Below, one piece after another: positions 52,981-64,000 of a stretch of DNA of 64,000 nt (positions are counted from its first letter, which is position 1; each line of letters opens with the position of its first letter). Position numbers and translations under genes: made by a program. Origin of the DNA: Eledone cirrhosa (lineage: Eukaryota); assembly GCA_964016885.1 (NCBI GenBank), contig OZ024740.1, forward strand, positions 272,738,001-272,802,000, in the 5' to 3' direction. Below the pieces are notes generated by a model, which did no database searches, was not told the origin of the DNA, and saw nothing but the letters and a program-made list of their open reading frames with translations.

Positions 52981-54093
52981 CTGCAAAGGAAGCTGTTTTA
53001 CAGGTTGAGAAAAATTAGCACGCGTTAAACACGCACACACGCAGGCATACATGCGGGCGCACATATGCACGCATACTCGCTCATACATGGTTGAACAGTT
53101 GAATGGAGACACATATTTGAACAAATGCATAAACATAGATGGATACATATATATGTTTATACATACATACACCCATATACACTCACAAATCATCATACAC
53201 ATATACACACATATCCACAGAATAGTAAATCTACAAGAGCATAAGATTATAATCTCTTACACATACACGCACACCCATACGCATACATACAATTACACTT
53301 ATACAGAGACACGCACTCACTCACATAAACACACACACATTCATACAGATGTATTTAGAGGCACGCCATGCCATAGAAACTCACATATACACGCCCCTAT
53401 ATATACAGAAAAATACACATATAATCTAAGAACGTATGGATATGTATGACTGATTGTGAGGGCGCGTGTGTGTAAATGTGTGCGCCAGTGTACGTATATT
53501 TGTGTGTGTGTATGTAAATATATCTTATTATTATAGTAGTGTCTCTTAAAAGTCAACCTCACACATTCGCTTATAGCAACAATTCCAAGGCACTCATACA
53601 CACGCAGCCATATATATGTATATAAATAAAAGTCGAATGAGTTCTGACTATGTCACTCTCAGCAAAAACAAAGCAGTGTGATCGAATAAAATATACAGTA
53701 TATTGCCAAATATACTATACACACATGCATGTATACATGGCTATTTCAAAGCACCAATACTAATACCTAATTTTTGCTGGACCGGCAATCGTTCTGTTTA
53801 ATCAACTCTTAAATATTACCGGAATTCTATAAACAGACTGTGGATCACTCTCCTTTGATTTTGCCGCCACTACTTTAAAGTCACTACTTTAAAACTCATA
53901 GCGAATGGTCTTCAAAATGTTTTTAATTAAACATACAGTATATTGCCAAATATACTATACATACACACATTCTTATATATATATATGTATAAACCTTACC
54001 TATTGAGTCCGCTGAGATGCAATCACTACTAGCAAGGAAATATTATGCTAGTCCCGTCAACTTCTTATTATAAATACACCCCCACCACACACA

Positions 54094-54207
<114 letters not shown>

Positions 54208-54220
54208 CTTATATACATAT

Positions 54221-55005
54221 ATAACTGAACAAAAAAGAGAAACGAACACAGGCATATATACATATATGTGTTCAAATCGTAAGGGACCAGATTCGCTAAG
54301 ATGAAGAGAATACTAGCTAAAGACAATAGGGTTTGCCAGAATCAATTTAAGAATAAATCAAGAAAATAAATACAAACCAGAATTGTGGTAACTACCAATC
54401 ACCCGGACAGTTTTGATAATACTGTTTCGCAATATTATTTGTGAAGAGGAATACCAAAATCCTTGCTCATCAGCGGGTGAAGAATTATTAGTATCCTGGT
54501 CACTTCTAAGTATATTAAAAAACTGGATAGTGTGCTTATATATAACAACGCACATGGTATCAGAACTTAGCGTGTCTCGCAGACTCACGCCACTAAAAAT
54601 AGCAGCCGGGTTTACTCGACATTTGAATTAGCTCGACGAATTAACGGAGCCGAATATATCAAAGGCAATATTGAGTTAGAAACTCAAAATAGTCTCTTAC
54701 AGTAAATTAGCGCTAGGAAAGAGATTTTTCCGAGCCGTATAATATAACTGAACACAAAATTCTGGTTTGTATTTATTTTCATGATTTATTCTTAAATTGA
54801 GTCTGGCAAACCCTATTGTCTTTAGCTAGTATTCTCTTCACCTTAGCGAATCTGGTCCCTTACGATTTAAACACATATATGTATATATGTCTGTGTTCGT
54901 TTTTCTTTTTTGTTCAGTTATATTATACGGCTCGGAAAAATCTCTTTCCTAGAGCTAATTTATTGTGAGAGACTATTTTGAGTTTCTAACTTAATATATG
55001 CTTTT
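54221..55005 (-). mobile_element. 523-bp hammerhead unit with partial tandem and inverted, permuted copies
   Basis: The unit restarts at 54744. 54759-54921 inverts 54221-54384, and 54922-55005 inverts ~54660-54742. Confidence 0.88.
54400..54479 (-). ncRNA. Type I hammerhead ribozyme, best-formed in the window
   Basis: CACCCG-CUGAUGA-GCAA..UUGC-GAAA-CAGU AUUAUCAAA ACUG-UC-CGGGUG; predicted GUC cut between 54406 and 54405. Confidence 0.9.
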
Positions 55006-55331
55006 GATACTTATATACATATACATTTCAAGACAATCAACACTGTTATCAGCAATTATTGAACTATCTAATCAGATATGTTTTTGCATATAGATAAATC
55101 TTCAAACGCATACGCTCATACGAAGACAATTAATAGACTAATTACACAGACACACACACCCACACATCCACACGCGCACACACACACGCACATATACACA
55201 CACATACAATCAAACAAATATATACGTGCACATTTACACTAACTTCTAAGAGATCTATTGTAATACAAGTGTAAGCATAGCCGTCGTTAAACGCACTCAC
55301 CCACTTCCCATTAAAAATCCGTACACACACA

Positions 55332-55399
<68 letters not shown>

Positions 55400-55509
55400 T
55401 ACAATTGAATATATGAGGGATGAATACCGATACAAGTATACATGTGTTCCAATTGCAAATGACGAAGTTAGCTAGGTAAAAGACTATTTTGAGTTTCTAA
55501 CTCAATCTA

Positions 55510-55570
<61 letters not shown>

Positions 55571-55571
55571 T

Positions 55572-55636
<65 letters not shown>

Positions 55637-55765
55637 GGCATAAATATATAGATGCATACAAAAATACCTCGGTATAAACACATTTCTATTTAATCCTGTT
55701 TCTGTTTGCGCAAAAATGTATTGACTTATTTCAGATGGACACATAATGGCACAGAAATAAATACT

Positions 55766-55820
<55 letters not shown>

Positions 55821-56829
55821 TCACGCACATATATAAATATATGCAATGGCATGCCTACATATATATATATATATATTCATGTATACATACACGCATACAT
55901 ACAGACGCATAAATACATATATACATACATACGCACACAAATATACCCACCCATATATATATGTATGTATATATACATGTGTGTGTGCGCGTGTTTGTGT
56001 GTTTGTGTGTGTGTATTTATGTGAGCATACAAGTTCGCATGCATATTGACATTCGATTTGCATACACATGGAAAACCTCAACAAGATGGCTGATAATCTT
56101 TCTGTATAAAGACTATATATCAATTTATAAACAAACAACTGGCCAGATAGAGTTAACAACACAAAACATTGGACAAAATACATGTGTAAGGTTCCATTTC
56201 GACAAAAGGTACCTCCCTAATTACCCTTTAGTTTCGCTTATCATTGTTTTATTTTTGTTATATGTTTGCCTTGTCTAGCATTTTGTTTTCCCCCACCAAT
56301 GGTTCTATATACTTACCTATTATTTTTACGAAGTGTCATGGCGCTAACAATTCACAAGACACGAACGGGTCTCTAAAATACCATTCTGTATACAACCTGC
56401 ATTTAATCAATGTTATCAAAGATTTCATCTTGTCAGAAATGTCACGAAATCTAAGGAGATTAAAGGTTAGGAATTCTGGAGAAACGAAACCCGCTTCAAC
56501 CTTCCTTCTTACAGAAAACATATCTCATTAGTATGATATTATACATTTCCCTTTAGGATAGCGATTTAGTTAAAACAAAGATGCATTAGATTAAAATACA
56601 TTGTAATTTATATTTCAATCGTCGTTATATCATATGTTTAAATCCTATCACACACAAGGTCATCTTTTGTCTCAGCAGAGAAAATATTGAGGAAATCTGA
56701 AAACTGCTATGAATTCATTGATTAGCGTGGTTAGATATGAGAAAATATAGAGTACCAACAGAACGAACCCATTGGAAATATAGTCCTATATAGTCCTGTT
56801 TACAAAACAGTGCGATCATACACACACGC

Positions 56830-56893
<64 letters not shown>

Positions 56894-56899
<6 letters not shown>

Positions 56900-57494
56900 A
56901 ACATGAGAAGAAAGAAGAATACTGCGTGGTTGCACATGGGTTACATATGATAAAAATAGTCCTTCGTCAGTGATTTTCCAACCATCATTGATATTTCATC
57001 GCATTAAAAATCAGATACCTGAGGTTGGTGCGAGCAATAGCTAAATAAAGCTATTGGGACAAGTAAATCGCGTAAAGCGAGTGAGACAAGTGAACAACAT
57101 AGAAGGATGAAAGCAACGCAAAGATAGGAATAAACAAGCAACATGGTTATCCGGTCAGCATAAGCTGGGTGGATTTCATGAGCGATCAAGATACAGACCG
57201 TCCGACGTGCGTGAGATGTGAGCAAGAAGAGAACCCACTACTAGCCACACGGGAGGAAGTGAGAAGGGGAGAAACAGAGAGTGAATGAGTGGAAGTGCGA
57301 GGAAGAGGTCAGTCGAGAGAAAGTGTAACTGACAGAGGGGGCGAAAGAAGGTGAGAGCAACAGAGAGAACGGGGAGCAGTAAGAGAGAAACAGACAAACG
57401 CAGCCGAGGTAAATATATATAAAAAACATGAGAAGAAAGAAGAATACTGCGTGGTTGCACATGGGTTACATATGATAAAATTAGTCCTTCGTCA

Positions 57495-57499
<5 letters not shown>
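56894..57499 (-). mobile_element. 525-bp unit with ~78-bp terminal redundancy, in (TA)n
   Basis: acatgagaag..ccttcgtcagtgat at 56901 and 57426. Only the CUGACGA-AGGAC half of a hammerhead is visible. Confidence 0.8.
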
Positions 57500-57560
<61 letters not shown>

Positions 57561-57586
57561 CACACATATATATATATACATAATAA

Positions 57587-57990
57587 TTGTTTCTACTTTT
57601 GGCACAAAGCCAGCAATTACCCAGTGCATTACTGGTACTTTATTTTATCGACCCCGTAAGGATGAAAGGCAAAGTTAACCTCGGCGAGATTTGAATTCAG
57701 AACGGCAAGGGCCGTAACTCTAAGCGTCAAAGCATGGCGTCCGACCCTTTACCGATACTGCCAAGCCATATGGTTTCGTATATGGGCACAGGACCAACAC
57801 TTTTGGGGGAGGGATTAATTCGACTCCAGTGCATGACTGGAGTCGATTTAATCCACCACTATTTTATCCACCCAGTAAGGATGATAGGCAAAGTTAACCT
57901 CGGTAGGATTTGAACTCAGGTCTTAAAGGGCCCTAACTCTATGCTGCAATGCATGTTGTCCGATGCCCTTCCGATACTGCTAATTCGCTG
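57587..57990 (-). mobile_element. SINE dimer
   Basis: Two SINE bodies joined by a linker containing a hairpin. Confidence 0.85.
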
Positions 57991-58147
57991 CTCTCATATA
58001 TATAGTAATAATAATAAATGTTAAGACTAAAATCCGAAGAGGGTTATGCGATAAGGATAATATATATATATATAAATATATATAAAACTGTAGAGCACAT
58101 TTATCAAAATAACAGAGTAAAGTTTTATATATATATATATATATATA

Positions 58148-58440
58148 TATACGATATTAAACAAATGGAAACTATATTTATAAAACCATATTTATTTCAT
58201 TATACATATTTCAGGGATATCATATTAAAAATATGGCATGCCTTCGTCAGATAAAATACAATATATAAACAGTTTTATAAATAATTTTGACGTACCATAA
58301 ATATAAGCGACCCTTAAGGTAGGAAGCTGACTTGGTAGTTTAATATCGTATATCTACTCCAAAAACTTGTCGAGTGCTTTATATCGGTTATAAAATATTT
58401 ACTTGTTGTAACCCAACAATTTTAAATAAAACTTTTGCAT
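58148..58440. mobile_element. Second member of the 12.2-kb module family: inverted arm + tail, forward arm mostly deleted
   Basis: tatacgatattaaac / gtttaatatcgtata stub; tail matches 13266-13350. Confidence 0.75.
58195..58256 (-). ncRNA. Type I hammerhead ribozyme
   Basis: UUUUAU-CUGACGA-AGGCAUGCCAUAU..AUAUGAUAUCCCU-GAAA-UAUGUA-UA-AUGAAA. Confidence 0.72.
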
Positions 58441-58867
58441 ATATATATATATATTTATCAGCCGTCGAGGTCCTGAATCAGTCACACATCAAAATACAAC
58501 CTGAGATCAGTTTGTCAATCGCCACCGACGAATGCGAGAAAGTTTTCCAGGAAGGTTAACCAGGAATCTTTAAAACATCTCCCCACCGAAGTTAACAAAG
58601 AACTTACTAGCTCTATAAAACCAAATTGTAAAATTATAATATTATAAAATTAAATTAAATTGTTTAGAACTACAAGTGAAGTCATTCTTTTCCTTCTTTT
58701 TATAATACCTAACTGTACCAAGGATTTCACACATTTCCCAATAGATATATATGTATATATCCAGGGAGTGTAACGTGAAGTTACTGTAGGTTCATCCGGC
58801 TGAGCACTCGATGTTTAGGTTCACGTCAGTAACGAGTTATAGAGCTAGACAGAGTATAATATAATAA

Positions 58868-59273
58868 TTGTTTCTACGTTAGGCACAAGGCCAGCAATTA
58901 CCCTGTGCATTACTGGTACTTTATTTTATCGACCCCGTAAGGATGAAAGGCAAAGTTAACCTCGGCGAGATTTGAATTCAGAACGGCAAGGGCCGTAACT
59001 CTAAGCGTCAAAGCATGGCGTCCGACCCTTTACCGATACTGCCAAGCCATATGGTTTCGTATATGGGCACAGGACCAACACTTTTGGGGGAGGGATTAAT
59101 TCGACTCCAGTGCATGACTGGAGTCGATTTAATCCACCACTATTTTATCCACCCAGTAAGGTTGAAAGGCAAAGTTAACCTCGGCGGGATTTGAACTCAG
59201 AATGGCAAGGGCCGTAACTCTATATGTCAAAGCATGGCGTCCGACCCTCTCCCAATACTGCCAATCCACCGCC
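58868..59273 (-). mobile_element. SINE dimer, near-identical to 57587-57990 over its first ~320 bp
   Basis: Same linker and hairpin. Confidence 0.88.
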
Positions 59274-59581
59274 CTAGAGTATAATATAAAAATACAAGGA
59301 CGGGTGGTTACTCCTTCATTACGTTTATTGGTTGGTGATGCGCGTTTCGCTACTGAAAAGCTCAAGGTTCGGTTTGTATCGATCTGGCTCGACTTTGGAA
59401 TCAAAAGCTCGTCGACCCTCTGTAGTAGTAATGTCATTACTGCTGGAAGAACTGTGCCGGTACTTTCTTTATGATTTGAAATCAGAACGCAGAGAATTTG
59501 AATAAATTTCCAGCACTTTGACGTCTCCACCGAATCGACTGATATCTGTATATACACACACACATATATATATATATAAAT

Positions 59582-59626
<45 letters not shown>

Positions 59627-59649
59627 CATAAGTGTGTATTTACATCCAT

Positions 59650-59690
<41 letters not shown>

Positions 59691-59924
59691 AATATACATA
59701 TCTTTGTAAAGATAAGTAGTACAATTTTATATGTATGTTCCTTTACATCACAGGCATTTTCAAAAAAGATTACTTAATACATTTCGTTTTGGGAAGATAA
59801 TGATCTCAATGAAAGAAATAAAATGATCCCAAGCAAACAAACATAAAAATAACAATATATGTTTTTTTAAAATCCATAAACATAAAACCATTACTTACCT
59901 CCATTTTTGTTACATTTTTCCCCC

Positions 59925-59979
<55 letters not shown>

Positions 59980-60865
59980 GAAAGTTTCGTTATCTTTTGT
60001 ATTTACAATATCATTGGAAGGAAAACGTTTTTGATCAGAACTAGAACGCGTTCAAAACGTCAATGTGTGATATAATCTAAGCAAAGAAAGAAAAAAGAAG
60101 TATAGTTGGTGGGGGTATAATGATAATAATAATAATAATAATAATAATAATAGTAATAATAATAACAACAACAACAACAGCATTAGTAATAATATCAGCA
60201 ACAGCAACAACATCAACAAGGAGCAGTAGAAGAAATGGAAAGAAAAATAAATATTTTTTTTTTCAAATGAATAATTTTTATTTATCGTTTTTCATATTAA
60301 ACAATGTATTATATAGTTGCAGGGACTCTTTACTCTTGTTTTTGTTATTTTCTTTTAAACAAAGTTTTCTTTGCATATTTATTTTATTTCATATTATATT
60401 TCTTAATTTTTTTTTCAGTTTCTGACAAAAATTCAGGTAGATTATGTCTTAAGTTTCTCACCAAATAAAATAACACAACGGGTTGTTGTTTATAAATACA
60501 TTTTTTCTTTCCTCTTATTTTCTGTCTGCCTTTCTTGGGGAAAGAAAATTATGAAATAATTTTTATATTTTCTTTTCTCTTTCTCATAACGCCCCGCCCC
60601 ACTCATTTACATCTCGCCCCATCTCCTAACTCCATGACGCCCTACTCTGTTGTACCCTACTACCCAGTCTCTACCCCACCCTCCTTGGCGGATTTAATGC
60701 TTTAAGAAGCAAGAATAAATGTTTTCTTTTCTTCTAGTTGACAGTTATTTGTTTTGAAATTTTGCTTCATTTTTTGCCCAAAATATTCCTACCAAACAAT
60801 TTTTCATTGATAAATTATAATAGGATATATATGCACTTACATATATACGTATATACATTGACACA

Positions 60866-60911
<46 letters not shown>

Positions 60912-61592
60912 CATCTAAGCTATGTTATACTGTACGTTATTTAAATGTTTTTGCCTAAAATGATATATATTTTAATGATTATGATGATGATGATGATGAA
61001 GAGGGGGTATAGGGAGATTTCTTTGCTGATGTTAACGATGATAGAGTCCGTGGAGTCCGTAATTGGCCGTGATTATATGGTAACAAACTTGTTATTGAGA
61101 TTGTCGTTGGTTCGTATCATGTCACTAGCTGTCACTGGCAGTGTGATGGGTTATTCAACAAGACATATAACACCCAATAGGTGTACTAAGCTGAGAATAG
61201 CTAATGTAGTGTGCGTAGGTCATCGTTCTTATATTGTTAAATTGATAAATGTTAATGGTATGTTGTGGTGAGTTAAATTTTGCTCGTGGGAAGGATCACT
61301 TGCGAAAGTGGTGTACTATGTGAAGGGAATTTCGTCACTTTTTCACCAACTCACATAGGATTGTAAATAATCTCTGGCGGGTTAGTGGGCTGCAAATGGC
61401 GAAGGCTAAAATAATTGAGATGATGTCATATGATGATTTTCATAGTGATGATAACGATACTTTGAACAATGACGGCAACAATTTCATTACAATGATGTCG
61501 TTTGTGATGATGTTGATGAAGTTTTCATTGCTGATGATTAAAGTAATGTAGGTGACGATGATAATACTGATTGCTTACTATAAGGATAATAA

Positions 61593-61743
61593 TTGTTTCT
61601 ACTTTTGGCACAAGGTCAGCTATTACCCAGTGCATTACTGATACTTTATTTCATCCACTTCGGCGAGATTTGAACTCAGATCATAAAGAGCCGTAACCCT
61701 ATTCTACAAAGCATGGTGTCTGACGCACTACCGATACCGCCAA
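61593..61743 (-). mobile_element. SINE (family of 24794), internally deleted
   Basis: Tail, B box and A box present; central part missing. Confidence 0.8.
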
Positions 61744-64000
61744 TGATGTTATTTATGATAGCAACAATATTTTTTATGATATACTCATAGGAAATATAAA
61801 TGTTTTGTAATGCAAACTATCAACACGTCAAACCAATAGTTCCTGTGTGGTTGCTCGTCTTACTAGAAATAGTTGTCAAATTTCCCACAAATTACACCCT
61901 ACCTTCTTTAAAAAGTAAATAAATTATAGGATAAAGTAGTCCTATATAACATTAAAAGACGGGATAGTCACGGTTGAATTAAATTTTGCCATATGTATGC
62001 TAGAATAGAATTGATCTAGATTTAAACAACAGAAGGAAAACAACTCTTAATGTTTTATGCTTGAATATTACATATATCATGGTATTTATTCTTCTAAGCC
62101 CTCTATGAAGACAAATAAGAATATAAACATCCGTGCAATGGCAAAGCCCATAAAGACACACTATCTGTAATGAAGACCATTTCATAAAGACCTCCCCCTA
62201 CATTTTGATTAAAGAAGAGAGAAAAGATATACATTGGAAGATCCAACTTAACAAATGCGTCAAAGGCAGAGGTAAAAAAACGACAACTCGCGCACATAAA
62301 CTTAGCTTCTAGACAAATAAAACTTTAAACCAGTGGTTACGGAAACAACTGGTATTGCTGGGAAATCGTTGAAGTGTTTTTTTATGAATGGCATCAGAGC
62401 AAATATAGTTGAAGCAACGGCTTCTACTTCATGTCTATGATAGTAAATTGGCTTGGAAATATTTCCTGTGTTAAATATCGCTTTGTGTGTCAATGTGCTT
62501 TTGGATAGACAAGATGGATAAACAATATTTTAAATAGAAATATCTGTCTGAGAAAAGAAGTAAAACTCAATAGATACGAAAAAAAAGACTTTCACACGCA
62601 CAACATATGAAGACAAACACAAGACATAATCCAAGAATATCCATGAGAATATAAAACATACATCACACGATCTATGATGACAAATCAATGACACGCGCAG
62701 ACACATGATCAATAAAGACAAATACAAAAGATAGTTATATATGCAGCTACACAAGCTATGAAAAGAACGAGACACTAAGACATAATCCATGATGACACAT
62801 AATAGACAATCATAAGAATACTTCATGATACTCGACACACACACAGAAAAAAGTAATAATACACTCAAGCCCACACATTCTTTAAAATGACCATTATGAA
62901 CATAAAATATAGAAAATATTATATTGTTTACTATATTATATGCGTTATATAACATGTAATAATTGTATTGTTTTCGTGGGGCTCTGGACTAAATACTTTG
63001 CGGATTTCTAATTGTTTTCTTACGTTCTAAGTTCAAATTCTGCCGATATCGATTGTGCATTTTATTCTCTTGGAGTAGATAAATTAGTAGAAAACACACA
63101 AACACACCTAGCTAAATCTGTGAAACCTGTGTGGGAAATGAATATCATGTATCAATGTTACATATAAACACTCATAGAAGCACACATACATGCAGGCACA
63201 TACAATTAGATAATGCAATTTGTAAAAGAAATTACTTCAAATTTCCCAAAGGGGGGAAATAGATGTAATATAAGTCGACAACAGAAATTCTATGACGTAG
63301 ATCAGCAATGGTTGCACTCGTTATTGTAATCGGTTTCTTCAAATCTCCATTGCGATTAGTAAATTTGGGGATTGCATATTGGGCAGCTCAATATTTATGC
63401 TGTCATGAGTTGACTATCTGTTTATCTTTGAAGACTGGGGCTTGCAGTCCTTTATCCTTGTTGTCAAGTAGTAGACTCCATACACTACTATTGGGCATAT
63501 AAGTTGAACCTGACCTAGCCCTTACCATTTTAAACATTCCGCTATAGCACATTTGAATTCCGCCTCGTGTTATTTGCGTACTGTTAATATTAGTTCTTGT
63601 TTCTTTTGTATTTTTATAACATTTATGTCCTATTTGCTCGTCTGAAAGATATTTTTATACTGTAGAACTATCTATATATCGTGATAAGAAAGATGTGCTA
63701 AAGGGGACTTAAATGTAAATGAAATATAGCTGTTTATTTTTTGTTTTCCCTGAAAGAGATGTTCAATATGGGTTCATTCCTCGTCATAATAGTGGTCCAG
63801 ATGTTTGCAGTTTGTTTTTTGTTATTGTCTATGGCTTTATTGTCTATGGCTTGTTTTATATTTTGATTGGTTGATGTGTTTAATTACCTGCTTTCAGATA
63901 ATCTATCATTTTCAATTTCGTGGAATTTAGTCATCAAATTGATTTGATCTGTTGGAGCTGTTAGTGCTTTTGGTTGATCGTTGTTCAGTGCTTCTATTAA

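Noticed and set aside
59890-59930. Possible minus-strand micro-exon with GTAAGT donor
   Set aside because: The acceptor would lie in (TA)n with no polypyrimidine tract, so support is too weak.
62000-63502. Several short ORFs in unique sequence
   Set aside because: I could recognise no domain motifs or consistent splice structure.

Overview
AT-rich, microsatellite-saturated animal DNA. The SINE families and repeat landscape suggest a cephalopod, probably Octopus (inference). There is no convincing host protein-coding gene, and most ORF-track entries are microsatellite translations. The window holds decayed retroelements: two tandem Tx1/L1-clade LINEs in (ATT)n, Penelope-like elements (PLEs, RT plus C-terminal GIY-YIG) of at least two types, an RTE LINE and an RTE-like non-autonomous element, R4/Dong-like RLE fragments, two tRNA-derived SINE families, and Tc1/mariner-type MITEs. 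The main hidden signal is a dense set of small non-coding modules inserted in (TA)n tracts that carry type I hammerhead ribozymes (stem I-CUGANGA-stem II-GAAA-stem III-NUH-stem I). By eye I count about 16 motifs with an intact core and about 9 degenerate ones, from roughly 10 sequence families. They occur as fold-back palindromes with a ribozyme on each strand, or as ~525-nt tandem or permuted units resembling retrozymes (circRNA-forming non-autonomous PLE derivatives). All folds were assigned manually and none has been tested.
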